NCBI GenBank assembly: GCA_963720545.1
Contig: OY970399.1
Coordinates: forward strand, 960,001 to 1,024,000
Direction: 5' to 3'
Origin: an uncultured Acidobacteriota bacterium
Lineage (GTDB): Bacteria; Acidobacteriota; Vicinamibacteria; Fen-336
DNA: 64,000 bases
The notes under the pieces were generated by a model. It was not told the origin of the DNA, did not search any database, and saw nothing but the letters and a program-made list of their open reading frames with translations. Below, piece after piece: positions 54,562 through 64,000 of this stretch (the first letter of the stretch is position 1; every line of letters starts with the position of its first letter). A program made the translations under genes and the position numbers.

Positions 54562-56709
54562 ATGCCTTCAAGGAGGTCCTCTTTGTTCAGCATCGCCAAG
54601 CGCGGGTTCGTTGCGTGCGCCGCAGCCGCCTTCCTGACGTTCGCGGCGCCGTCGGCGGTTCGCGCGCAGACCTCGCCGTTCCTGCCCGACGACTTGTACC
54701 GGACGCTCGTGAACGAGATTTCCGGCGACCGCGCCTACGAGAACGTCCGGCACCTCAGCCACTTCCACCGCGTCGAAGGCAGCAAGGATTACTTCGCGGC
54801 CAACGACTGGGTGCTGGAGGCGGCGAAGGACGCGGGTCTCGAGGACGTGAAGCTCATCCACCAGAAGAACGACAACCTCGGCTGGACCTGCGCCTCCGGC
54901 GAAGCGTGGCTGGTGCCGGCGCAAGGCGCCGAGAGCAAGCTCGCCGCCTATGGCGAGGTCGCGGTCTCGATCGCCGACAACAGCCGCACCACGCACGTGG
55001 TCGCCGACCTCGTCGACGTCGGCGCCGGCAATGCGGAGCGCGACTACCAGGGCAAGGACGTGAAGGGCAAGGTGGTGCTCGCGTCCGGTCCGCTCGGCCC
55101 CGTGCACCAGGAGGCCGTATGGAAGCGCGGCGCGCTCGGCGTGCTCTCTTACCAGTCGCACCGGCCCGAGGCCTTCGACGCGCCCGACCAGGTCGCCTGG
55201 TCGCGCATCCCGTACGCGGCCAAGGGTGTCGCGGGCGTCAAGGACGGGACCCCGGCGACCTTCGCCGTCCTGATCTCGCCGCGCCGCGCACGCCTGGTGC
55301 AAACGCAGCTCGAGGCCGGCCCGGCGCGCATCCGCGTCGATATCGAGAGTTCGTTCCAGGCGCAGGGCGAGCAGGTGCTCGTCGAAGGCTTCATCCGGGG
55401 TTCGGAGATCCACGACCAGCAGATCGTGCTGACGGCGCACACCCAGGAAGGCGCAGGCGCCAACGACGATGCCAGCGGCTGCGGCAACACTCTTGAAATC
55501 GCGCGCGCCCTGACGCGCCTCATCAAGGACGGCAAGATCCCGCGCCCGCGCCGCGATCTGCGCTTCTGGTGGGTGAACGAGTTCGCGAGCGAGGAGCGCT
55601 ACTTCCGCGAGAACCCGCAGGAGCCGCGCAAGCTGCTGCTCGACCTCAACCAGGACATGGTCGGCGCGCGGCAGAGCCTCGGCGGCCGCGTGCAGTACGG
55701 AGCGCGCCTGCCGTGGAGCATTCCGCACGTACTCGAGGACGTGATGGAGTCGGTGCTCGGCACCGTGAGCGCGGGGAACACTTCGCTGCTCACCACGCGC
55801 GGCACCGCCCTGCCGGTGCCGTTCACGCGCGAGATCACCGCGGTGAAGGGTTCGCGCGAGCCCTACCACGCGCGCATGGTGCCGTACTACAACTCGACCG
55901 ACCACCACGCCTTCACCCCGGCGCACATCGGCGTGCCGGCGACGAGCCTCACCAACTGGCCGGACGAGTTCATCCACAGCACCGGCGACGACATCGACCA
56001 GCTGGACGCGACCCAGCTGGAGCGCAACGCCGTGGTGGTTGCGGCCGTCGCCTTGTTCTTCGGCAGCGCCGGGGACGGCGGCCTGCCGCTGCTCGCGTCG
56101 TACTCGGGCGCGCGCGGCGTCGCGCGCCTCGCCGCCGACGGCGCGACCGCGCAGCAGCTGCTGTTCGCGGGAACCGATCGTGCCGCGGCCTACCAGGCGG
56201 CGCGCAACCTCATCGTCCATTCCGCGCGCAAGGAGCGCGGTGCCCAGGCGTCGATACCGCGACTCGGGAGCGCCAGCCCTGCGCCGGCCTTCAAGGCGCT
56301 GCAGGTCGGCAGCTCCGCGGCCATCGACCGCGCCGAAGCGGCGCAGCTTCAGAGCCTCGACCTGGCCTACGCCACCCTCGGCGGCAAGCCGGGATCACGG
56401 GTGTTCTCGGCGGACGAGAAGGCCCTGGCGGCGCGCACCTACAGCCCGGGCGGCACCATCGCCGAGATCCAGGACGGTCTCGAACGCATCGACAATGTGC
56501 CGTCCCTGCATTCGATGATGCGCTTCGAGGTGCTGAACTTCGCGAACGGCAAGCGCAGCGGCCTCGACGTCTACGACGCCGTGTCGGCCGAAGCCGCGTC
56601 TGCCGGCGAGTGGTACTACGGCAAGGTCAGCGCCGCCGACGTGAAGACCTACCTCGAGAATGCGGTCAAGGCGGGCGTCCTCAAGGGCGCGCCGCGCGCG
56701 GCGCAGTAA
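54562..56709 (+). CDS. Secreted M28 family peptidase with PA domain
   Basis: Signal peptide; DVKGKVVL PA domain; TAH, GANDDASG, NE, NQDM, STDH, IHST. Confidence 0.8.
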   Translation: MPSRRSSLFSIAKRGFVACAAAAFLTFAAPSAVRAQTSPFLPDDLYRTLVNEISGDRAYENVRHLSHFHRVEGSKDYFAANDWVLEAAKDAGLEDVKLIHQKNDNLGWTCASGEAWLVPAQGAESKLAAYGEVAVSIADNSRTTHVVADLVDVGAGNAERDYQGKDVKGKVVLASGPLGPVHQEAVWKRGALGVLSYQSHRPEAFDAPDQVAWSRIPYAAKGVAGVKDGTPATFAVLISPRRARLVQTQLEAGPARIRVDIESSFQAQGEQVLVEGFIRGSEIHDQQIVLTAHTQEGAGANDDASGCGNTLEIARALTRLIKDGKIPRPRRDLRFWWVNEFASEERYFRENPQEPRKLLLDLNQDMVGARQSLGGRVQYGARLPWSIPHVLEDVMESVLGTVSAGNTSLLTTRGTALPVPFTREITAVKGSREPYHARMVPYYNSTDHHAFTPAHIGVPATSLTNWPDEFIHSTGDDIDQLDATQLERNAVVVAAVALFFGSAGDGGLPLLASYSGARGVARLAADGATAQQLLFAGTDRAAAYQAARNLIVHSARKERGAQASIPRLGSASPAPAFKALQVGSSAAIDRAEAAQLQSLDLAYATLGGKPGSRVFSADEKALAARTYSPGGTIAEIQDGLERIDNVPSLHSMMRFEVLNFANGKRSGLDVYDAVSAEAASAGEWYYGKVSAADVKTYLENAVKAGVLKGAPRAAQ

Positions 56710-56711
56710 CG

Positions 56712-56740
56712 AAAAAAGGGCCGCCCGTTGGGGCGGCCCT
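56712..56740 (-). terminator. Rho-independent terminator (for the TonB receptor; possibly bidirectional)
   Basis: AGGGCCGCCC-N4-GGGCGGCCCT with a T-tract on the - strand. Confidence 0.8.
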
Positions 56741-56769
56741 GCGCATGCGCCGTTTCTTTACCTGGCGAA

Positions 56770-59538
56770 CTAGAAGCTCCAGCGCCCCGACAGAAACAGC
56801 TGCCGCGGCTCGACGATCGCGAGCGGGGTGCCGAAGAGAGCGCTGTTCACGTTGGCCGAGACGTCGGTGACGTAGGGCGCGTTGAACAGGTTGTAGACGT
56901 CCGCGTAGACGCCGATCTCGTTCTTGCCGCTGGCCTTGAAGACCTTCTCGAAGCGCAGGTCGAACTTCTTCTGGAAATCGGTGCGCTTCGAGCCGCGCGG
57001 CTCGAGGTAGACGGCGCGCGCCGACGAGGAGACGAGCGCGAACGGCACGTTGACGTCGCTGCGGGAGAGGTTCTGGAAGTCGGCGTACGGGAAGCCGCTG
57101 ACACCGGCCCAATACACGCCCAACTTCACGTCGACCTTCGGGATGTCGTAGTCGAAGCGCACCTTGACCTCGTGCGGCCGGTCGTAGGTCATCGGCCCTT
57201 CGAAGAAGCGCAGCGGGATGTTGGGCGTGAGGAAGTTCGCCGTGCGCGTGCCGTTCGTATCGTTGTCGACGGTGCCGTCGGTCTTCGACCAGACGTAGCT
57301 GATGTCGGCGCCCCAGCCGTTCGAGTGGCGTTTGTTGAACTGGAACGTGACGCTCTTGTGCTGGCGATTGGCATGCGCGACGCCGATGACGTTGCCCGAC
57401 GGATCCTTGTACTGGAAGCCGTCGACGTTCGTGATCAGGAAGTTCGCCGTGGCCTCGTCCGGGTTGGTCAACGCCCAGAATGTGAGGGGCTCGCCGGTCA
57501 GGTCGTTCGCGCCCTCGAAGGCTTCCCAGCGCGCGTCGGGCAGCACGGTGTCCGCGAAGTTGTGCCACTTGCGGTAGACGCCGGTGACGCTGACGCGCAG
57601 GTCGCTGCTGAGCGCGCGCTCCAGGGCCAGGCTGTACTGGCGCACCCGTGGATGTTTCAGGTTGGGGTCGACGTTGTAGTACGGATAATCGACCTGGCGT
57701 GAGATGTCGAAGGTGTTGCCTTGCGGGCCGACGAACACGCCGGTGCCGTCGGCATTGTATGTGTAGCCGACGTACGGCCCGAGCTTCGAGGCCGCATACC
57801 GGAAGTAGGTGGCCGCGAGCTGGTCGACGAAGTCGCCGTAATGCGCCTTCAGCACCGTCTTCTGGTCGCCGGTGAGGTCGAGCGCGAAGCCGAGGCGCGG
57901 CGCGAACGCGCTGACCGAGTACACCTTGCCGAGGTTGTTGGGGTCGGCGCCGCCAGGGTAGCCGCCAGCGTTGTCGTAGCGGACGCCGGCGGTGATGGTG
58001 AGGCGACTATTGACCTTCCACGAGTCCTGCGCGAACACCGACTGGCGCTTGATCTTCGAGTCGAGCTCATAGGACGAGTCGTAGCCGTAGTACTGGCCAA
58101 TCGGGTAGTAGTCGCTGGAGTCGTAGTAGAAGATCCCGTTCTCGTAGGTGTTGCGGTTGCGCGAGCGGCTGCGCTCCACCTCGACGCCGAACTTGAGGTC
58201 GTGCTGGCCGTACCCTTCGGCAAAATGCGTCAGCGACGCGTTCAACTGGTTCCGCTTGCGGTCGAAGAGCGTGCGATATCCGGCCGAGACCGAGTTGATG
58301 TCGGTGGACACGTCGTAGTGGCCCGAGACGCCGAGGCCGGCGGGCTGCGGGAACAGGTCGAAATAGCCCGAGTACCCGGTGAACTTCGCCTCGAGGAACG
58401 TGTTGGGCGTGAACAGGTGGCGCCACTGCGCGTTGTACATCACGTTCGGCGCTTCCTCGTTGACGTTCTGGTCGTCGCCGTTCTCGAGGCCGGTCCAGCC
58501 CGAACGGCCCTTGACGTTGAACTGGTCGTACTGACCGCTGAAGGTGAGCGTGTTGCTCGCGTTCGGTAGGTAGGTGAGCTTGCCAAAGAGGCGCGGCGAG
58601 ATGTCGGTGCGCAGCGTCCGGGCGCCGGCGGGGTCGATGGTGATCGACTCACGCTGCGCGGACAGGAAGTAGAAGAGCTTGTCCTGCTTGATCGCACCGC
58701 CGAGCTGCGCGGTCATGTCCTTGCTGTTGAGCGTCTTCGACGGCGTCAGCGAAGAGTTGAGGGCCAGCTGTTCGGCGGTTATGTTGTTGCTCGAGAACGA
58801 GCCGCGCGAATAGCGCATTTCGAACAGGCCGTGCGGGAGGTTCTCGCCCGAGCGCGTCACCGCGTTCATGATGGCGCCGGTGAACGAGCCGTACTCGGCG
58901 TTCAGGCCGAGCGTCTGCACCTGCACTTCGTCGACGATGTTGTAGTTCGAGAACATCCACGCCGTGCCGGCCTGCGGATCGCGGGTGTCGACGCCGTCGA
59001 AGTAGAGCCCATTCGAGACGCCCGCGCCGCCGCCGAAGGCCGAGCCGTCGTTGACGCCGGGCGTGTAGTTGAGCAGGTCGGCGGTGAAGCGTCCGAGCGG
59101 CAGGTTCGCAAGCGACTCCTGGCTGATGTTGTTGTCGGTCTGGGTGGTGCTGATGTCGACGATCGGCGCCTCGGCGGACACCTCGATGGTGTCGGTCAGG
59201 CCGCCCACCTTGAGGCTGAGGTCGACCGCGGCGGTCTTGCCGATCGTGACCGTGACAGGCTCGACCTTGCGCGACTGGAAGCCGGCGAGCGTCGCCTCGA
59301 CCGAGTAGCTGCCGGTCTCGACCGCGGCGAAGCGGTAGCGGCCGTTGCTGTCGCTGACGGCGGTGACGGCGCCGCGCGCACCGGTGAGGGTGACGGTGGC
59401 GCCCGGCAGCGTCGCGCCGCTCTCGTCGGTGACCGCGCCGGTCACGACGCCGAGCAGCGACTGGGCCATTGCGGGCACGGCAAGGAGCAGGAGGGCGAGT
59501 GCGGCCGGGATCAGCTTGCGGAAATTCTGCATTGTCAT
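56770..59538 (-). CDS. Oar-like TonB-dependent receptor (intact)
   Basis: Signal peptide, CarboxypepD_reg-like N-domain, AEYGSFTGAIMNAVTRSG plug, barrel ending GRWSF. Confidence 0.9.
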   Translation of the reverse strand: MTMQNFRKLIPAALALLLLAVPAMAQSLLGVVTGAVTDESGATLPGATVTLTGARGAVTAVSDSNGRYRFAAVETGSYSVEATLAGFQSRKVEPVTVTIGKTAAVDLSLKVGGLTDTIEVSAEAPIVDISTTQTDNNISQESLANLPLGRFTADLLNYTPGVNDGSAFGGGAGVSNGLYFDGVDTRDPQAGTAWMFSNYNIVDEVQVQTLGLNAEYGSFTGAIMNAVTRSGENLPHGLFEMRYSRGSFSSNNITAEQLALNSSLTPSKTLNSKDMTAQLGGAIKQDKLFYFLSAQRESITIDPAGARTLRTDISPRLFGKLTYLPNASNTLTFSGQYDQFNVKGRSGWTGLENGDDQNVNEEAPNVMYNAQWRHLFTPNTFLEAKFTGYSGYFDLFPQPAGLGVSGHYDVSTDINSVSAGYRTLFDRKRNQLNASLTHFAEGYGQHDLKFGVEVERSRSRNRNTYENGIFYYDSSDYYPIGQYYGYDSSYELDSKIKRQSVFAQDSWKVNSRLTITAGVRYDNAGGYPGGADPNNLGKVYSVSAFAPRLGFALDLTGDQKTVLKAHYGDFVDQLAATYFRYAASKLGPYVGYTYNADGTGVFVGPQGNTFDISRQVDYPYYNVDPNLKHPRVRQYSLALERALSSDLRVSVTGVYRKWHNFADTVLPDARWEAFEGANDLTGEPLTFWALTNPDEATANFLITNVDGFQYKDPSGNVIGVAHANRQHKSVTFQFNKRHSNGWGADISYVWSKTDGTVDNDTNGTRTANFLTPNIPLRFFEGPMTYDRPHEVKVRFDYDIPKVDVKLGVYWAGVSGFPYADFQNLSRSDVNVPFALVSSSARAVYLEPRGSKRTDFQKKFDLRFEKVFKASGKNEIGVYADVYNLFNAPYVTDVSANVNSALFGTPLAIVEPRQLFLSGRWSF

Positions 59539-59548
59539 TCTCCTGGTC

Positions 59549-59905
59549 CTACTTGCGAACCGGGTTGTCGATGCGGTCGCTGAAAGTGGATTTCACCACC
59601 CAGGCGGTGCCGATGACCATGAGGCCGATCGCGAAGACGCCGCGCGTCCCCGAGAAGAAGCCGCGGTCGCTCGACGGCTGGGCCGGTGCGGCCGGGGCCT
59701 GCGCGGCGGGCGCTTCGGACTGCGAGGCGCTCATCGCGGCGCTGAGGTCGCGGCCAGCGAGATTCTGTTCGATTGCCGCAGCCAGGGTGGCTGGCGGCAT
59801 GGCCGGTTCGCCGGATTCGGCATGCGCGAGAGGCGCCGCCAGTGTCACACCGAGGGCCAGGGCGGTGGCAGCCGCCGTGATGGAACGTGCCAGTGTCCTC
59901 TTCAC
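59549..59905 (-). CDS. Small exported protein with C-terminal hydrophobic helix
   Basis: GGAGG RBS and GTG; signal peptide AHA-E; Ala/Pro linker; GFFSGTRGVFAIGLMVIGTAWVV. Confidence 0.7.
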   Translation of the reverse strand: MKRTLARSITAAATALALGVTLAAPLAHAESGEPAMPPATLAAAIEQNLAGRDLSAAMSASQSEAPAAQAPAAPAQPSSDRGFFSGTRGVFAIGLMVIGTAWVVKSTFSDRIDNPVRK

Positions 59906-60035
59906 GTATTTCCTCCGGCGCAGGGGCGCGCGCTCAAACGGTTGGAGTCCTGCAAGTTGGACTAGTTGCGCATTATGAATGCGCGACCTTCCCGCTGCAA
60001 CCCGCGGGCAGGGATGCTAGCTTTTCAGCGGGACC

Positions 60036-62381
60036 TTGAATTCACGGACGAAAACCCGGGTCGGCTGGGCGCTGCTGGCCGCGGCACTGGCCGTTGGCCT
60101 GCTCGCCCGCTTCGTCATGCGGCCGCCCGCGACCGAGGACGCGGCCCGCACTCGCCTGCTCCGCCTGCGTCCCACGGCCAAAAACGTGAATGTGGTGGTC
60201 GTCACGCTCGACACCACCCGGGCGGACCGGCTGGGCTGCTACGGCTTCAGCGGCATCAAGACCCCCAACATCGACCGCCTTGCGGCGGAAGGCGTCTTGT
60301 TCGAGCAGGCGACCGCTGCCGTGCCCCTCACGTTCCCGTCGCACTCGACGATGTTCACCGGGCTCAACCCGCCGCGGCACGCTGTCCACGACAACGGTGG
60401 TTACTTCCTCGACACAAAGCAGGTGACTCTCGCCGAACGTATGAAGGAGGCGGGCTACCAGACGGGTGCCTTCGTCGGCGCGTGGGTGCTCGACTCGAAG
60501 TGGGGACTGAACCAGGGGTTCGACGAGTACGACGACAAGTTCGACCTTTCGAAGTTCAAGGTCCTGTCGCTCGGCACGGTGCAGCGCGAGGGAGACGACG
60601 TCATGAACCGCGCCCTCAAGTGGATGGAGGGCGCCGAGACGAAGGGCCGGTTCTTCGCCTGGATCCACCTCTACGACGCGCACACTCCCTACGACCCGCC
60701 CGAGCCGTATGCCTCTCAGTACAAGGGCCAGCCGTACATCGGCGAGATCGCCAAGGTGGACGGCATCGTCGGGCGTCTCATGGCGCACCTCGAAACCAGG
60801 GGCCTCATGGACAATACGGTGGTCGTGCTGACCGCCGATCACGGCGAGAGCCTGGGCGACCACGGCGAGTCCACCCACTCGTACTTCATCTACGACGCGA
60901 CCACGCACGTGCCGCTCATCATCCGCACGCCCTGGGGCTTCAAGGGCCGCACCCGGGCGCAGGCGGCCGGCGCCGACCTGTTCCCGACCGTCCTCGACCT
61001 TGCGGGACTTTCACCCCAGCCGGACATCGACGGCCATTCGCTGGCGCGCGCCGTCATGGACCGCGCCGCCGACTTGCAGCACGTCGCGTACTCGGAGACC
61101 TTCTACCCGCGTTTCCACTACGGCTGGAGCGAGCTGCGCAGCCTGCGCGACGGCCGCTACAAGTTCATCGCGGCGCCGACGCCGGAGCTTTACGACCTGC
61201 AGAAGGACCCGGCGGAGAAGGACAACATCTACAAGGCGTTCTCGAAGCGCGGCGAGGACATGCGTGCCCGTCTCGACCGCTTCGTGGGCGATACGGCCAC
61301 GAGCGCACCGGAGAAACAGCAACTCGATCCCGACACGCTGCAGCGGCTGGCAGCGCTCGGCTACGTCGGCTCGACGCCGGTGATCGCGCCGGGTGCGGTG
61401 CTCGCCGACCCCAAGGACAAGCTCCGCCTGTACGCCCTCATCCACGAGGCGCGCGACCTGGGACAGGCGAACAAGCTCGACGCCGCGATCGGCAAGATGC
61501 ACGAGGTGCTTCGGGAGGATCCGCACATCGTCGACGGTTACATCTCGATCGGCAACTGGGAGCTGAAGGCGAAGCGCCCCGACAAGGCGATCGAGGCGTA
61601 CGCGCAGGTGCTGGCGCAGCAGCCGGACAACGAGATCGCCATCGTCAACCTCGCGAACGTCTACCGCCAGCGCGGCGAGACGGAAAAGGCGGTCGCCGGC
61701 TACCACGCGGCGCTCAAGCTCGACGCGAAGTCGTCACAGACCTGGTACCAGCTCGCGACCCTCTTCCTCGACGACGGCCGTGTCAAAGACGCCGAGAGCA
61801 CCTTCCGCCAGGCACTGCAGTCGAACCCGAAGATGGGCGCCGCCTACAACAGCCTCGGGGCGATCGCCTGGAGCCGCGGGCAGAAGCAGGAGGCGGAGCA
61901 GCTGATCGCGCGCGGCCTCGAGCTCGAGCCGGAAGTGCGCACCGGTCGCTTCAACCTGGCGCGCATCGTCGAGGCGCGCGGCGATACCGCCGGGGCCGAG
62001 CGCCTGTACCGCGAGGAGCTCGCGACCTACGCCGACAACGGCAAGGCGCGCTTCAACCTGGCGCAGCTGCTGCGCGAGCGCGGCGACCGCCAGGGCTACC
62101 TGCACGAGCTGCTCGAGTCGATCGACAAGGCGCCGGAGTTCGGGCCGGCGTTTTTCTTCCTGGCGCGCGAGGAACTGCGCAACGGCGGCCTCGCCGGCGC
62201 CGAGGAGCTGGCGCGGCGCGGCCTCGAAGTCGATCCCCGTTCCGAGATAGCGCCGCTCGGCCACTTCGTGCTCGCCGACGTCTACGGCCGCCAGGGCGAC
62301 GCCGCCAGGGCGCGTGCGGAAGCGCTGAAGGGGCAGCAGCTCGAGGCCCGCATCCGGTCGCGGCCGAAGCCGGTGGTCTAG
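60036..62381 (+). CDS. Sulfatase-like hydrolase with C-terminal TPRs (paralog of 41891-44206)
   Basis: N-terminal TM; DTTRAD, PLTFPSHSTMFTG, HLYDAH, ADHGE, LAALGY, TPRs. Confidence 0.9.
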   Translation: MNSRTKTRVGWALLAAALAVGLLARFVMRPPATEDAARTRLLRLRPTAKNVNVVVVTLDTTRADRLGCYGFSGIKTPNIDRLAAEGVLFEQATAAVPLTFPSHSTMFTGLNPPRHAVHDNGGYFLDTKQVTLAERMKEAGYQTGAFVGAWVLDSKWGLNQGFDEYDDKFDLSKFKVLSLGTVQREGDDVMNRALKWMEGAETKGRFFAWIHLYDAHTPYDPPEPYASQYKGQPYIGEIAKVDGIVGRLMAHLETRGLMDNTVVVLTADHGESLGDHGESTHSYFIYDATTHVPLIIRTPWGFKGRTRAQAAGADLFPTVLDLAGLSPQPDIDGHSLARAVMDRAADLQHVAYSETFYPRFHYGWSELRSLRDGRYKFIAAPTPELYDLQKDPAEKDNIYKAFSKRGEDMRARLDRFVGDTATSAPEKQQLDPDTLQRLAALGYVGSTPVIAPGAVLADPKDKLRLYALIHEARDLGQANKLDAAIGKMHEVLREDPHIVDGYISIGNWELKAKRPDKAIEAYAQVLAQQPDNEIAIVNLANVYRQRGETEKAVAGYHAALKLDAKSSQTWYQLATLFLDDGRVKDAESTFRQALQSNPKMGAAYNSLGAIAWSRGQKQEAEQLIARGLELEPEVRTGRFNLARIVEARGDTAGAERLYREELATYADNGKARFNLAQLLRERGDRQGYLHELLESIDKAPEFGPAFFFLAREELRNGGLAGAEELARRGLEVDPRSEIAPLGHFVLADVYGRQGDAARARAEALKGQQLEARIRSRPKPVV

Positions 62382-63358
62382 GCTGTCGTCGTCGCCGCTG
62401 CCGGCGCCGTCATCAGGGCCAGCGCGTTCGCGAGATCGACGTTGCCGCCGCTGATGATCACGCCGACGCGCGCGCCGGCGAGGTCCATGTCTTCGTTCAG
62501 GGCGGCCGCGAGGCCGAGCGCACCGGTTGGTTCGATGATCAGCTTCATGCGTTCCCAGGCAAAGCGCATCGCCGCGACCAGCTCGGCATCGGTGACCGTG
62601 ACCATGTCGTCGACGTTGGCGCGCACCAGCGGCAAGGTCAGCTCGCCGAGCGACGGCGTGCGCGCGCCGTCGGCGATGGTGTCCGGGTTGTGGACCTTCT
62701 GCAGCGTGCCGCTGTGGAACGTACGCGTCGCGTCGTCGCCCGCCAGCGGCTCGACGCCGATGATGCGGCAACGCGGCGACAGCGCGCGCGCCGCGAGCGC
62801 CGACCCGGACAGCAGCCCGCCGCCGCCGCAGGGCACGAGCAGGACGTCGAGGCCGCCGGTGGTGTCGAACAGCTCGCGGGCCGCGGTCCCTGCCCCGGCG
62901 ATGACGTCGAAGTGGTCGTACGGCGGGATCAACACCGGGTCGCCGTCGCGGCGGATCGCAGCCGCGACCTCCTCGCGGTCCTGCGTCTTCGGGTCGTACT
63001 CGACGATCGCCGCCCCGTAGCCCTCGGTCGCGAGGCGCTTGATGGCCGGCGCCGTCTTCGGCATGACCACCGTCGCCTTGGCCCCGAGCAGGCGGCTCGC
63101 GAGCGCTATCGCCTGCGCATGGTTGCCCGACGAATACGCGAGCACGCCGCGGCGCTTCTCTGCCAGCGTCAGGCGCGACACCGCATTGTAGGCGCCGCGG
63201 AACTTGAAGGCACCCATGCGCTGCAGGTTTTCGCACTTCAGGAACCCGGCGCCGCCCAGGCGGGCATCCAGGGTGCGCGAGGTGGCAACGGGCGTGCGAT
63301 GCGCGATGCCCGACAGCACCTGTGCGGCTTCCAGCACGTTTTCGAAGGTGGGCAGCAT
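62378..63358 (-). CDS. PLP-dependent Ser/Thr dehydratase family (threo-3-hydroxyaspartate ammonia-lyase-like)
   Basis: KCENLQRMGAFKFRGA, SSGNHAQA, CGGGGLLSG, SGGN. Confidence 0.9.
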   Translation of the reverse strand: MLPTFENVLEAAQVLSGIAHRTPVATSRTLDARLGGAGFLKCENLQRMGAFKFRGAYNAVSRLTLAEKRRGVLAYSSGNHAQAIALASRLLGAKATVVMPKTAPAIKRLATEGYGAAIVEYDPKTQDREEVAAAIRRDGDPVLIPPYDHFDVIAGAGTAARELFDTTGGLDVLLVPCGGGGLLSGSALAARALSPRCRIIGVEPLAGDDATRTFHSGTLQKVHNPDTIADGARTPSLGELTLPLVRANVDDMVTVTDAELVAAMRFAWERMKLIIEPTGALGLAAALNEDMDLAGARVGVIISGGNVDLANALALMTAPAAATTTA

Positions 63359-63400
63359 TGCAGTCGTGAGTGGCGGGAGTGTACGACGTAAGATCGCGTC

Positions 63401-64000
63401 GTGCCCAATTGGTCCGCGTTTCCCGGTGATCCGTCGCGGGCGGTGACCGCCCTTGCCGAGCGCGTGACCGCAGACGGCGGCCAGGTGCTGTCGGCCTACA
63501 AGGACCCGGTGGGCGATCACTGGCAGCTGTTCGCGCTGCTGCCGATCGACAAGGTGGCGCCAACGCCGTACCAGCGCGACCTCTCCCCCACGCACACCAA
63601 GAAGCTCACCGGCATGATCAAGAAGATCGACCGCTTCGTCGATCCGATCGTCGCGGTGTCGCCGGAAGCGGGGACGTACTGGACGCCCAACGGCCATCAC
63701 CGCCTGAAGTCCCTCGAGAAGCTGAAAGCCCAGTGGGTGCCCGCGATCGTCATCGCCGAGACCGAGGTCGCGTACCAGATCCTGGCCCTCAACACCGAGA
63801 AGGCGCACAACCTCAAGGAGAAATCGCTCGAGGTGATCCGCATGTACCGCGGGCTCACCGCGAGCGAGCCGCGCAGCGGCGAATCCGACTATGAGTTCCA
63901 GTTCGAGGCGCCGCACCTCATCACGCTCGGCGTGCTCTACGAAACCAACAAGCGCTTCGCCGGCGGCGCCTTCGCCCCCATCCTGAAGCGCGTCGACAAA
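63401..64000 (+). CDS. ParB/Srx N-terminal domain protein (runs off window end)
   Basis: Read manually from GTG 63401: ..LLPIDKVAPTPYQRDLS..DPIV..TPNGHHRL..LALNTEKAHNL. Confidence 0.75.
   Translation, partial: MPNWSAFPGDPSRAVTALAERVTADGGQVLSAYKDPVGDHWQLFALLPIDKVAPTPYQRDLSPTHTKKLTGMIKKIDRFVDPIVAVSPEAGTYWTPNGHHRLKSLEKLKAQWVPAIVIAETEVAYQILALNTEKAHNLKEKSLEVIRMYRGLTASEPRSGESDYEFQFEAPHLITLGVLYETNKRFAGGAFAPILKRVDK

Overview
A very GC-rich (roughly 70% by eye), densely coding bacterial chromosomal segment. Acidobacterial-type PadR, Oar-like TonB receptors, sulfatase-fold/TPR fusions and a Ser/Thr kinase-TPR fusion suggest Acidobacteriota, probably Vicinamibacteria (inference). It holds about 56 genes, mostly housekeeping or metabolic: xth, a xylFGH-like ABC system, a maltodextrin operon with queC, speA, thiI, fbaB, mtnBDC, kbl, ubiX, SPFH/NfeD and peptidases. 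I saw no tRNA, rRNA, CRISPR or transposase. Most notable: (1) a 5-TM membrane protein fused to an intact barnase/RNase Sa-type RNase, translationally coupled to a barstar-like gene and a lone receiver domain; (2) a composite palindromic REP/MITE-like element at 37.5-37.9 kb, with terminal inverted repeats around a possibly structured core and a solo copy at 50.9 kb; (3) two 'sulfatase'-TPR proteins with an NPP-like Thr nucleophile motif, each beside an Oar-like TonB receptor, one of which has two +1 frameshifts; (4) a zincin/beta-propeller/Omp85 fusion; (5) pervasive leaderless-type TAnnnT promoters, including one bidirectional -10 box. Start codons were refined by eye, and function calls come from motif recognition without database searches.
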